A stretch of 64,000 nt of DNA, from the NCBI GenBank assembly GCA_963695855.1, contig CAVOHZ010000003.1, positions 384,001-448,000 on the forward strand, read 5' to 3'. The first letter of the stretch is position 1. Every line of letters begins with the position of its first letter. A program made the translations under genes and the position numbers. Below are positions 1 through 10,680 of this stretch, piece by piece. Below the pieces are notes generated by a model. It searched no databases and had not been told where the DNA came from. It saw only the letters and a program-made list of their open reading frames with translations. The DNA is from an uncultured Nitrososphaerales archaeon. GTDB taxonomy: Archaea; Thermoproteota; Nitrososphaeria; Nitrososphaerales; Nitrososphaeraceae.

Positions 1-484
1 CCTCATCATAATCTGGTCCCTGTTCAAGTTCCAGTTTAGGTCTTTTACATCTGATACCCATACCTTTTAGTATCCTTTGAAGATGTCTGAAACTTATTGG
101 AATATCAAGTTCTTCTGTAAGACATGTTGCCAGTGATCTTAGGCTCCAAGTGTTTCTGACATAACCAAAAATATTGGGATCGTTAAAAAGTACAGAAAGT
201 ATAATCTCTCTATCTTCCTCTGTTATACGGGATTTTGTACTACCTGTCTTCTTTATCTCTAGTCCATCAGTTCCTGTCTGGATGTATGCTGATATCCATC
301 TCTGGACTGATCTGATACTCACACCATGTTCCTTTGCTATGTCTGCAAAAGTTTTACCATTGCTCTTCTGGAGTACTGCCAGTAATCTGCGATAATGTCT
401 CTTGTCTGCAGTATTTTTCATCAATCTCCTTATACTGTTCTTCTGTACGGTAGTGATGTTGAATTTAGAAGAACCACGGTACAT
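1..484 (-). CDS. IS630-family transposase, HTH (orfA) part, runs off the window
   Basis: Hand translation from ATG at 484: MYRGSSKFNITTVQKNSIRRLMKNTADKRHYRRLLAV...FGYVRNTWSLRSLA...KRPKLELEQGPDYDE, colinear with 13399..13899 (FGYLKNTWSIRLL...KQPKLELEKGEDYEE). Not in the ORF track. Confidence 0.85.
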   Translation of the reverse strand, partial: MYRGSSKFNITTVQKNSIRRLMKNTADKRHYRRLLAVLQKSNGKTFADIAKEHGVSIRSVQRWISAYIQTGTDGLEIKKTGSTKSRITEEDREIILSVLFNDPNIFGYVRNTWSLRSLATCLTEELDIPISFRHLQRILKGMGIRCKRPKLELEQGPDYDE

Positions 485-1134
485 AGAATTATGATATTCT
501 GGATACCTTAAGCTTTACCTATTCAAGAATTTAGACCTGGTAGTTAAAAAGATATGACATCAGACGAGGCACTTGACTTATCATATTTTCCAAGTATTTG
601 GTCAAGGAAGGAATTAACAAGTTATAATTTAATCCATATCACTAACATATAGAGCTAACATGTTCTAACTATAATTTCTCATATCAAGAACCATTTTTTT
701 GTTCTAAAATACCAAGTCTTATTTATGAAATCTGTAAGTAACTCATAGTTGCTTTAATTAACAAACAGATCTTTTTTAGATCTATATAATTTTTTTTCAT
801 TACCGTAAAGTATGGAGATCATGCTAGATATATAGCAACCAGATCTTTTCTATGTTTCCTTAATGCTCCGGTACTTTTCCTATGTACATATTGTTTTTGT
901 TTATTTTAAATCGGCTACCATTTTAGATATTTCTGTGAACGTGTTTCAGATTATCCATAAATGCATTTCATCAATCGGTTAAGTCATATTGCCTAACCAG
1001 CTCTTATTTGCCTTCCAAATCTGTTTGACAAATAGAATTTACTCTGGATGATATCCAGTAATCATTACCCTGGTTCTTTCACCTTATTATTTTCTAATTA
1101 TAAAACAAATAAACAAAATCAATTATTCAATATT

Positions 1135-1296
1135 GGCCACAAAACAGCCGATCTTTTTAACCTGCACATGAGCTAAAACGCTCCTGGCTCATGTGAACAG
1201 CCTAAAAAAGAGTGGCCTCCTGTTAACATTATTGGAATAGGACCATTGAAGAAAATCCTAGACCCGTCCTACAGAGATTACCTGGCACTAGGCAAT
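1135..1296 (-). ncRNA. candidate structured RNA / cis-regulatory element
   Basis: GC-richer island with nested inverted repeats: GGCCAC(1135)/GTGGCC(1212), TCTTTTT/AAAAAGA, CACATGAGC(1165)/GCTCATGTG(1187), TAGGAC(1238)/GTCCTA(1266), ATTACCT(1277)/AGGCAAT(1290). Some mismatches become G-U pairs on the minus strand. Confidence 0.3.
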
Positions 1297-1376
1297 AATC
1301 TTATTAAATAATGAAGACTATATTATACTACCAATCATCAAGCACCGAGTAAGTGCATACTAGTTGAGGATCGAGA

Positions 1377-3290
1377 TTATGAGTCCTCAACTTTATCTTG
1401 TGATTTTATTTCCAAAGTAAATCCAAATTCGGCGCCTTTTCCATCTTTGTTATTCACACCCCATATCCTTCCACCATGAGATTCAACAATACTTTTTGCA
1501 ATATATAATCCAAGTCCTGTCCCAGAAACTGATTTGGAAGCAAATTTCTGAAAAAGTCTAGGTAGAATATCGGAATGAATCCCTTGACCTGTATCATTTA
1601 TTCTTACAACAGCAAATTCTTTATTTTCTTCTTTGTCATATTCTTTTTCTATCGTTGTTATAATAGTTCCTTCATGTGTAAACTTCACTGCATTTGTCAA
1701 TAAATTATTGACTACTTGATAGATCCTTATCTTGTCAGCAAATACCATGATAGGTTCTTTAGGTTGCAGAAAAATAAGTCTTATTTTATTATTTCTTACT
1801 GAGTCTATACCAATGGTTACATCATTTATTACGTTATTTATTTTTTCAGTCAAGTCAAATTTAGATTTATCTAGTTTTAAAGTTCCCGCTTCAATTCTTG
1901 TAACATCTAACATATCTTCAATGAGTATAGACAATCTTTTTGCATTTCTTTTCAGTGGTTCTAGGTATTTTTTAAAATTTTCAGGAAAGGTGTCTATCAT
2001 TTCGATGAATCCCGTTATCGATTGAGTAGGTGTTCTTAACTCATGCGCTGCTATGTTAATGAACTCTTTTTGCATTTTGTCATGTTGTTTTAATTGTTCG
2101 TTGCTATTTTCTAATAATAAGATTGTACTTTTTAATTCAGCAGTTTTTTTTGCTACTTCTTTTTTCAAGGTATTATTGAACAATCCTTGCATAACGACGA
2201 CAGTAATTACTATAGCTATGGTTAAAATTAAAGATCCCATGGTAAAGTTTTGTTGTTGTGAGATGAGATCATTAACTTCATTAGCAAAAACATGTGGCAT
2301 ACTAAGTACAAGGTAAAATACATTTTGACCATTAATACTAACCGGAGCATATGATATTGTCGACATATTTCCATTTTTATCCATTAAATCTGTATTACCA
2401 TATTTTCCAGATACTATCAAGCCTTTTATTTGAGCTAAAGTTATTGAGTTACCAAGATCAAATTGACTTTGGATAAGCGTCTCGTTTCTTTTGTTATCCT
2501 TTAAAATGTCGTAAAATTTTTCGCTGGCAGAATAAATTATTTTACCATCCCTGTCAAGTATAGCTATTGATGATCTATTTTTTGATGAAAATTGGCTTTC
2601 CATTAGTTCTCCAATTTTAGATATATTTATTGCTGCATATGTTGTACCTATGTAATTTTTTTGAGAGTTTTCTTCTTTTTCTTGATGGTTTCTTACTATT
2701 TCATAAAGATTTTTGGTTGTGTAAGCAGAACTAAAATCTAATAAAGTATTATTTGTGGATGTTGAAAAAATTGGATACGAAATAAACATTGTGGGCACGT
2801 TTAATAAAGAAGATATAAAAGATGTAAAATACACTCCTGATGTGGATCTTACCTGTTCAAAATATTTGCTAAATGCCACCTTAGAACCTAAAAATTTATT
2901 GTAGTCCTTATCATCAATAAAATTAGTTGACCATTTTATATTTCCTGTTTCATCAGTCCATCCGTAGTAAGAAGTCAATTGCTTCGTAGCATCTTGTGAA
3001 GCTTCTAAGATTGTTATTGAGGTTAATTTATTTCCTTTAAGTGCAGGAGTATTGCTCAATAGATAAAGTTGGCTAGAAACATCTTCTAAGCGGTAAGTGA
3101 TAGCTTCTGCTAATTGCTTCGTCTGACTGTCTAGATTTGTTTTAATATTTTGTACTGCAATAGTGTCTATCCTAATAGCATTATTTAGAAAGAATGAATA
3201 CGTAGAAATGGATGTAAATAGCAACATCATGGTAATTACGAAAATAAGAAATCGAACAGAAGAGACAGAGTTAAAAAAAGAAAAAGCCAT
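1377..3290 (-). CDS. membrane sensor histidine kinase (two TM helices, extracellular Cache-like domain, HisKA, HATPase)
   Basis: H-box AAHELRTP, N-box NLLTNAVKFT, G1 DTGQGI, G2 GTGLGL; hydrophobic segments flank a large extracytoplasmic region. Confidence 0.95.
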   Translation of the reverse strand: MAFSFFNSVSSVRFLIFVITMMLLFTSISTYSFFLNNAIRIDTIAVQNIKTNLDSQTKQLAEAITYRLEDVSSQLYLLSNTPALKGNKLTSITILEASQDATKQLTSYYGWTDETGNIKWSTNFIDDKDYNKFLGSKVAFSKYFEQVRSTSGVYFTSFISSLLNVPTMFISYPIFSTSTNNTLLDFSSAYTTKNLYEIVRNHQEKEENSQKNYIGTTYAAINISKIGELMESQFSSKNRSSIAILDRDGKIIYSASEKFYDILKDNKRNETLIQSQFDLGNSITLAQIKGLIVSGKYGNTDLMDKNGNMSTISYAPVSINGQNVFYLVLSMPHVFANEVNDLISQQQNFTMGSLILTIAIVITVVVMQGLFNNTLKKEVAKKTAELKSTILLLENSNEQLKQHDKMQKEFINIAAHELRTPTQSITGFIEMIDTFPENFKKYLEPLKRNAKRLSILIEDMLDVTRIEAGTLKLDKSKFDLTEKINNVINDVTIGIDSVRNNKIRLIFLQPKEPIMVFADKIRIYQVVNNLLTNAVKFTHEGTIITTIEKEYDKEENKEFAVVRINDTGQGIHSDILPRLFQKFASKSVSGTGLGLYIAKSIVESHGGRIWGVNNKDGKGAEFGFTLEIKSQDKVEDS

Positions 3291-4488
3291 AGTAAATTTA
3301 AAAAGTTAGTATTATTAAATAGTTTGTGATATAATTTTCATCATTTTTTTCGATTATTGAGATTGAGGTAAGCAAGAAAAAATTCATGACATGATAATAA
3401 TGATTAATAATGAGTAATAGAAGTAGGTGCTTATGAATATACTGGTTGTTATTGATTTTTGAAATTTCGTTTTTATATTTTTAACAAACTAACACATTAA
3501 AATAATCACGTTCCTTTTCTAACCATGGCTTCTTATACTGCTTTAATAATAGAATATGTTATTAAACCGGTATTGCAAAATTATAGATTCAGTTCTCAGA
3601 ATTTCTATTTACAAGTATAAAAAGTATATTGAAATAGTTTTATCATTTGCTACTACCATTTGAATGAGAAATGTTAGTTTACTTAAATTCGTGTTCCTTT
3701 GTGATTATATTTTATAGATTGATTCTATTTAAATAATAATAATTATTTTCAAAACAAAGTATAGTTTTGTGTATTACTTATTTAAGAAATAAAGGCCATC
3801 ATTAAACGGATGTCTCTAAAAGAACCTATCGATCAAAGTAAATATTTCTAGAAATTTCAAAAGTAACATCAAAATATATAGAGTAGATCTATTAAAGAAT
3901 GCTTATTTTGCTATAATTGCAAATATTGGATTGATACTAATGGCGGAAAATTCATGTTGGTTGATGAAGATGATGTTTTGATGTAATGGGTAAGTTTTCC
4001 AATGTAATAGATCCTCACGGATGTTGTGCAGGATACGAAGCAGATGAGAGCAAAATACAAGATACTAAATTGCAGCAAAATTATAGTTCGAATAAACTAG
4101 TCAATTATGTTTGTGTATGAATGGAGTGTGCTTAGTTAAGGTATCACATTAGCTTGCAGAGCTTGCCAACCATTCTGATAATGCAACTCATTTATCGTAT
4201 CAACATGATAATTTAGATTATTTCAAATTCAACATGGTTAGAATTTTTTCAATTAAATTGGATCTATAAAATTAAGATTTCCTGTTAAAAATCCCAATAA
4301 TAAAAAGTCTGAGAGCGGGTCAGATATTATATGAATACAAGCATGTTTATACAAATTCTTCTATTAGCAGAAATTGGCCTTGCGCAGATTATTTTTAAAC
4401 TAAAATTGAGGAAAATTAGCTGTATACTAAAATCAATTCAATAGATAATACTTTTATGGAAGTACATCATACTATATAAGAGTTTCAA

Positions 4489-4914
4489 ATGTTTTCACCT
4501 GAAAATAAGGTTATTTTAATGGTGGATGATGAATTAGATATTTTGGAATTATTTGGGGAATGTTTGAAATCGGAAGGTTACAATGTACAACTTTTTGCTG
4601 ACCCTGCAGAACTTTTAGAATACTTATGTGATAATCCCAAATGCTCACTTGTGATAACAGATTATAAAATGCCTAAAATGGGTGGAATAGATTTGATAAA
4701 AAAAATCAGGGAGATTGAAAAAGGGTTTGAAATAAAAATAATATTAATTAGTGCGTTCTTAGAACAAGGCATCACTGACAACTATGATAGTAATGAATTA
4801 GAAAGTCTAAAGATTGATAAAATTTTAGAAAAGCCGATAAAGATTAACGAATTAACAAACATAGTAAAAAAATTGGTTGAGATTGAAGAACCAGTAATGA
4901 ATCCACTGAAGTAA
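4489..4914 (+). CDS. single-domain response regulator (CheY-like receiver)
   Basis: VDD acidic pocket, phosphoacceptor ITDYKMP, SA, KP motif; no output domain. Confidence 0.93.
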   Translation: MFSPENKVILMVDDELDILELFGECLKSEGYNVQLFADPAELLEYLCDNPKCSLVITDYKMPKMGGIDLIKKIREIEKGFEIKIILISAFLEQGITDNYDSNELESLKIDKILEKPIKINELTNIVKKLVEIEEPVMNPLK

Positions 4915-4946
4915 TAAAAATACGAGAAATGATCGTTATAACATCG

Positions 4947-5667
4947 ATTTTATTGTTTATATCTAGCTCAATTATAGGAATTTTGTTGTTTATATCTAGC
5001 TCGTTTTCAGCGGTATTTTTCGAGAAACATCAAATTTTGTTGTTTATACCTGGCTGATTTTTAGTCGTACTTTCCATCAAACACCAGTTAAAAAGCATAG
5101 GTGCAAAAGTCTAACCTCCTATCGCCTTCTACCAGAAATAGAAAGAAATAGTTGTGAGCTTTAGCTGTTATTTACTCTATATTTTTTACAGAATTAAAAA
5201 TATAATAAGCTATTATAAAAAAACATGAAAGCTTTTATTCTATTTATTATGTAAAATTATATTCATTTCATTTTTATTTTATTTATTTTGTTTGGTGTTA
5301 TACATTTAGCTATGAATGGTTAGAAATTGTCATATTTGGTCCTATATTCCTATAAAAACAAGCGTATTTTTCTCAATTACTGGTTTGTTTGCCCCGTCGT
5401 TTTAGTGAAAGTTCTCTTTCACTTTTCATATTTAAACCAGATTTATCAATATAATGCAAATCACTAAAAAATGATCCATATGAAAATCTAACTTCAATGT
5501 ACTCCAAAAAAGGAAGCGAAGATTGTATTCAATCTCTTACTTCCTATTCTAGAAAATTTAGAGTAACTAAGTACGATGGTTCTAACTCTTTCAATTTATA
5601 CGGTTTTTAATTGGTGTTTCATGGAAAGTACGACTAAAAATGAGCCAGGTATAAACAACAAAATTCC
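4947..5667. mobile_element. MITE-like or invertible element with 62-bp inverted repeats and a reiterated left end
   Basis: 5033-5094 and 5604-5665 are inverted copies (3 mismatches in 62). Degenerate direct copies of the left repeat at 4977-5032 and 4947-4970. No transposase inside; no TSD found. Confidence 0.6.
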
Positions 5668-6538
5668 AACAATAACAATGAAGAAAACTTTTTTATGATT
5701 TCTGGGTAAAAACCATTTTCAAAAACATTGAAGTATACAACATCACCAAAGAATTACTAGCACTATTGTTATTGTCGCTGTCTAATCCATGTCAATGATT
5801 TGATATCAACAGATTACTGTTTCTGATAGCATAACAACTCTATCTTTTCAATGAATTATGAGCTGACTCATCCTATAATAATCATCTTCACCATGTAGTC
5901 TTTTAGTTTTAAAATTATTATCAAGAATACTAGTTTTTCCAGTTTTGTTAGACACTTTGAATACAAGATTTTATGTAAAAATGCATTGAAAAATTATCAT
6001 CTATTAACGAACTAACCATAAAGAAACGAAAATGCATAAGATTTTAAGATAAGTATACCTATTAATCGCTGCAACAGATTGACCTGAAAGTCGTATAAGA
6101 CAATAAGAAGGAATTTGTTTGATATCCATTCTTGACGATTATAGTACGTGTATGTTATAATATGCTAAATGTAATCAAGATATAACATAAAATGTTATCA
6201 ATCTGGTAAAACATGCAATTGAATAGAATTGAAAACCATTACACATAATGACTGATGATGATTCACAGTTTTACAATTGCTATTCAAAATTGAAATCAGA
6301 TTTTCATTTATTTTGAGATAAACTCATACATGGCATATTATTGATAGAACTGTAAAACCTACTACTATTTTGATATATCTAGAAACCTGATGTCGTATAT
6401 ACATCGTAAAATAGCGCTATTCGAAAGATATGATCAATTTATTAAAACCTGGAACAATAAGGGGGTACATATAATTAAACTTTATGACAACGACAACATA
6501 AGATCTCCAAAGATATCTAAAAATTCGGTGGCATAATC

Positions 6539-9427
6539 TTATAGAATGAGCGATGCTTTTTCTAAAATTTCATTCAAGTTTTGTTTATTTGCCATCAGGT
6601 CGTTCCACGGATTATATGTGTTAGTATTTAATATATCAGGAACATGGAGAAGCATAAAATTTGTTGGATCCACATCTAAAAGATCCTCCCATCTAACAGG
6701 AAAAGACACTGCAGCAGATTCTACAGGACGTGGGGAAAAAATCGATGCTATTGTTTTCCCTCTACTATTTTGATTATAATCAAAGAATACCTTACCACTC
6801 CTTTTTGACGTGTCCCATTCCGTAGTTATTTTTTTTGGGTAGCGCCTGGTCATACTCCGAGCTATTACTCGTGCAAATGATCTTGTCTGGTCATAAGTAT
6901 ACAAATTATCTATAGGAACGAAAATGTGTATTCCTGTTTTGCCCGAAGTCTTCACATATGATTTTATTTTCAGATCATCAAATAATTTTTTTAAATCTAG
7001 TGCCACCTCAGCTGTTGCTTGAAACCCTTTAAGACTATATTCAGGCTCTTTATGAATTGTAACATTACCTTGCACGTTTAAATATACATAAGGATCTAAA
7101 TCAAAAATGATAAAATCCGGAAAATTTAAACTACATTTTTCTGGGTATAACAATCCGTCATTTCCCTCTGCATATCCAAAGTCGGTGATTCTACTATACC
7201 ACGGGTGAATCTCTATACAGCCTAAATTAGCTAACCAAAGAAGAGTTTCTTTGTTGTTACACAAAACATAGTTAATAATACCACCATTTTCAGATTCAGA
7301 ATATATTTTTACTGTCCGTACAAAAGAGGGTTTATTTTGATCCCAATTTTTCTGATAAAATGATTTTCCTTTAATTCCATCAGGATATCTACTTAGGCTT
7401 AGTGGTCTGTCTATAAGATAAGGTAAAATATATTTACTAATTTTATCATAGTATTCAATCAAATCTTTTTTTGTAATTTGTCGATGAGTTGATGTTTTAT
7501 TCCAATACACTTTATTGAGATTTGAGAAATAAGAATAGGCATGATCATTAAAGACACTACGATTGTTTTTCTCCGTATTAATCCGAATGTTAGTCTTTTT
7601 ATTCTCGCTTAATCCATATTCGATCGTTGATTCTATTAGTTTTTTTGTATATCTTTCCTTTTCTATAAGACATTCTTCAGGTTTTTTATCTTCTCTAAGT
7701 CTCAAAAAGATAGGAGATTTCATTATATTATCTTTTGTCCAATCGCTAAATTTTATTTCTGCTACAATTTCTGGTTTTACCCATATAGTATCTCTGTTAG
7801 TATAAGGAACATAATCGATAGGACATCTTTCTGTTATTAGATTTTGTAGTTTTTCATATATTTGTGGCAGAGTTATAGAATCAAATCCACTTCCAGTATG
7901 TCCAACAAACTGAAATTTACCATCTGTGTGTCTAACCGCAAGTAAAAGTGATCCAAAGTATTTTTCTCGAGTCCCTTCACCCCTATTAAAACCTATAATT
8001 ACGCAATCTTGAGTTCTGATATGTTTTATTTTTAACCAATCGTGAGATCGTTTGCCTTGCATGTATTTACTTGATTTGTTTTTTGCTATCAGACCTTCCA
8101 AGCCCATACTTTTGGTAGTTTCATAAACTTCCTCACCAATTTCTTTAATAAAATCCGAAATCTTGATTCTAGTGTTTTCGCCAACAGTCTTAGACAAAAT
8201 TTTTCGTCTTTCCAAAAAAGGCATGTTCTGTAGGTTTGTTCCATTAAGATAAAGAATATCAAATAGATAATAAGTTGCTGGGATTTGTCTGGATAGGTTT
8301 TCAATATCCCTTTCATGGTCAAGATTCATTCTTTTTTGATGGTTCTGAAAATTCGGTAGTCCTGTTATGTTATCTAACACGACAATTTCACCATCAAAGA
8401 TTCCTGATTTACATCTTAAAACAGACTGTGTGACAGATTCTCTTGAAACTGGAGATTTTAATGCGCCTACTATTTCTGGATACCTATGAGTAATTATATT
8501 ACCACTTCGCGATTGTAATTGAACTATTTGGTTTGGATTGTCAATAAACATGATAGAACGTATCCCGTCCCATTTTATTTCAAAGACCCATTCTTTATTG
8601 TTAAAGGGACGATTTACCAATGTACATAACATTGGTTTAATTTTTGAAAATTTATCTAACTGATTTTTATGATCAGTTTCCATTTTTTGAGATGAAGTCC
8701 CTGATTTGACTACCGTTTTTAAAGGTAATTTTTTACTCTGAAATGTCTCTTTCAGTTGTAGTCGTCCATTCTGGTTCCTTTTATCTTGCTTGTCTCTCTC
8801 TGTTTTTAATACTCTGGACAAAACAGATCCTGATCTAGTCATAGTTGAATCTTCTTTACCTACTAACTCATCAGTGGCTTTGATTAGAAGCCAATGCCTT
8901 CCTTCTTTTTCAGTCTGTAGATTCATTCTCACTAGATAAAATTTTCCCTTTAATTTCTGACCTGATAGCACAAAAGTAATATTCCCTTTTTTGAATTGTT
9001 CTGATATATCAGATTCAGATATGAAAGTTCCGCTATCCCAAATGATAACAGACCCTGCCCCGTATTCTCCTTCGGGGATCAAGCCTTCAAAATATAAATA
9101 TTCCAGTGGATGGTCTTCTGTTAGAACTGCTAGTCTTTTTATTTTTGGGTCGAGTGAAATCTCTTTTGGTACTGCCCAGGATTTTAGTACACCTTCTTTT
9201 TTATCTTCTAATCTAAAATCATAATGCAATTTTCTAGCATTGTGTTTTTGTACCACGAACCTAGGAGCTTTATTCTGTTTTGATTTTTTTTGATTTCCTT
9301 TCGGTTCAGATGTTTTATCAAAATTTCTTTTTTTATTATATTTTTCTAATATTTTAAGATCACCATTAAACCCCAGAAAAATAGTGCCATTAAATTGCAA
9401 AAAGTAACAAAAATCAGGATGAAGCAC
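6539..9427 (-). CDS. ligD: DNA ligase D (3'-phosphoesterase - ATP-dependent ligase - AEP primase/polymerase fusion)
   Basis: PE motifs FVVQKHNARKLHYDFRLE, KSWAVPK, EDHPLEY; ligase motifs EIKWDG, DGEIV, FDILY, EGLIAK, WLKIK, PIFLRLREDK; POL motifs RYPDG, FYQK, FDLDP, KTSGKTGIH, DYNQN. Start uncertain (alternative TTG at 9400). Confidence 0.96.
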   Translation of the reverse strand: MLHPDFCYFLQFNGTIFLGFNGDLKILEKYNKKRNFDKTSEPKGNQKKSKQNKAPRFVVQKHNARKLHYDFRLEDKKEGVLKSWAVPKEISLDPKIKRLAVLTEDHPLEYLYFEGLIPEGEYGAGSVIIWDSGTFISESDISEQFKKGNITFVLSGQKLKGKFYLVRMNLQTEKEGRHWLLIKATDELVGKEDSTMTRSGSVLSRVLKTERDKQDKRNQNGRLQLKETFQSKKLPLKTVVKSGTSSQKMETDHKNQLDKFSKIKPMLCTLVNRPFNNKEWVFEIKWDGIRSIMFIDNPNQIVQLQSRSGNIITHRYPEIVGALKSPVSRESVTQSVLRCKSGIFDGEIVVLDNITGLPNFQNHQKRMNLDHERDIENLSRQIPATYYLFDILYLNGTNLQNMPFLERRKILSKTVGENTRIKISDFIKEIGEEVYETTKSMGLEGLIAKNKSSKYMQGKRSHDWLKIKHIRTQDCVIIGFNRGEGTREKYFGSLLLAVRHTDGKFQFVGHTGSGFDSITLPQIYEKLQNLITERCPIDYVPYTNRDTIWVKPEIVAEIKFSDWTKDNIMKSPIFLRLREDKKPEECLIEKERYTKKLIESTIEYGLSENKKTNIRINTEKNNRSVFNDHAYSYFSNLNKVYWNKTSTHRQITKKDLIEYYDKISKYILPYLIDRPLSLSRYPDGIKGKSFYQKNWDQNKPSFVRTVKIYSESENGGIINYVLCNNKETLLWLANLGCIEIHPWYSRITDFGYAEGNDGLLYPEKCSLNFPDFIIFDLDPYVYLNVQGNVTIHKEPEYSLKGFQATAEVALDLKKLFDDLKIKSYVKTSGKTGIHIFVPIDNLYTYDQTRSFARVIARSMTRRYPKKITTEWDTSKRSGKVFFDYNQNSRGKTIASIFSPRPVESAAVSFPVRWEDLLDVDPTNFMLLHVPDILNTNTYNPWNDLMANKQNLNEILEKASLIL

Positions 9428-9778
9428 AATAAATGATAAGATTTCTTATAATCGAAATAGATAGTAGTCAGATAGTGATTTCTTTTGCCAGATATGTTTT
9501 TCGAGATGAACATATTGTTAATCGATGTCACTATTCGATATCTCATTGTATCTTGAATATCTGTCAAAGATTTCACCAAATCTATCCTTCATTTCCCTCC
9601 TATTGAATTCAAAATAAAATTTTGAATGATGTGTCAATGGTATTTTTTACCTATTCCATTTGCATTATTGGAAGTTTTTTATGATTTGTTTTTGTTATCA
9701 TGCCATGTGTTTTTTTTTGCTGGTGATTCGTATTATCATTTTACAATATGTATCTTCGTTTCTAGTATTTGATTATTC

Positions 9779-10612
9779 TCATCTGGTTTTTGATTTCTGT
9801 TTTACATTGATACTGGCTTTAAGAGCCTCAAGTAAATCCGTAGTTTCTTCCAATCTTTCTTCTTTGGCAGCTTTAAATTTTTGTCCCTTTGATTTTGTTT
9901 CTATTAATTTTTCTAATTCTGCTAAGTAGGCGTCTGAATATTTTCCCATATCAAATCTCTCACTTGTGAGATTTTCGACTAGAGTTTTTCCTAAATTTAA
10001 TTCTCTTTCGTCGACTGTAGGTTGTGTATTAGCAGAAATGCCCTGAATCTCATCCATTGGCCTTATCTCGTCAAGATATTTTAGCTGATGCATAACAAGA
10101 CCTCTCTGATACGGTCTTAATGCAACAAGGTGTTCCTTATCTTTTAAAACAACCTTCCCTATCGCAATTTTATTGGTTTCATTGAGTATTTTAACAAATA
10201 AAGAGTATGCTTTATTCGTAATAGGTGGTAAATTTGACTTGTTCCTCTTATTCCTTCCATTGTCAGGACCGATGTAATAATTTTTCTCTATATATAGCGG
10301 ATCTAAATCATCTGAATTTATAAACTCGCTGATATCTATTGTATGAGTTGTTTTCAATTTAATTTTTTCCAGATCCTCCTTTTCCAAAATTACGTAATTA
10401 TCTTTAGAAATTTCATAGCCTTTTTTTATTTCGGTCCATGGAACTTCTCGTTCTTCTACAGGACACCATTTTTTGTACCTAATTCTGTGTCCCTTTTCAT
10501 CTAGTTGGTTAAAAGAGGAGTACTCTTCTTTTTGTGTAGCTACAAAAACTTGTACTGGTATATTTACTAACCCAAAGGATATACTTCCTTTCCATAAAAT
10601 TCGGCTAGCCAT
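9779..10612 (-). CDS. ku: prokaryotic Ku DNA end-binding protein
   Basis: Signature WKGSISFGLVNIPV, RIRYKKWC, IKKGYE, and C-terminal DLLEALKAS plus basic tail; upstream of ligD on the same strand. Confidence 0.96.
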   Translation of the reverse strand: MASRILWKGSISFGLVNIPVQVFVATQKEEYSSFNQLDEKGHRIRYKKWCPVEEREVPWTEIKKGYEISKDNYVILEKEDLEKIKLKTTHTIDISEFINSDDLDPLYIEKNYYIGPDNGRNKRNKSNLPPITNKAYSLFVKILNETNKIAIGKVVLKDKEHLVALRPYQRGLVMHQLKYLDEIRPMDEIQGISANTQPTVDERELNLGKTLVENLTSERFDMGKYSDAYLAELEKLIETKSKGQKFKAAKEERLEETTDLLEALKASINVKQKSKTR

Positions 10613-10680
10613 TATAATTATATTTAGTCTACAAACCTTAAAAGGCTATAATTTCTCTTAAAGAGGATTCAGTGCTGACT

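Noticed and set aside
174-395. antisense shadow ORFs (also 1732, 2053, 6546, 7563, 8991, 9660, 18816, 21201-22553, 27502, 28339, 29721, 33300, 45526, 47445, 48070, 51362, 53067, 58795, 59823-60572, 62511, 63557)
   Set aside because: They overlap well-supported genes on the opposite strand and show no family motifs.
4947-5094. repeat-spacer-like pattern (ATTTTGTTGTTTATA x3) as CRISPR
   Set aside because: The intervening sequences are homologous to each other and to an inverted copy at 5604-5665, so these are element ends rather than unique spacers.
9518-9592. 24-codon ORF (MKDRFGEIFDRYSRYNEISNSDID) with GGAGGG upstream, between ku and ligD
   Set aside because: Too short to assign; may be a remnant and cannot be supported as an NHEJ accessory gene.
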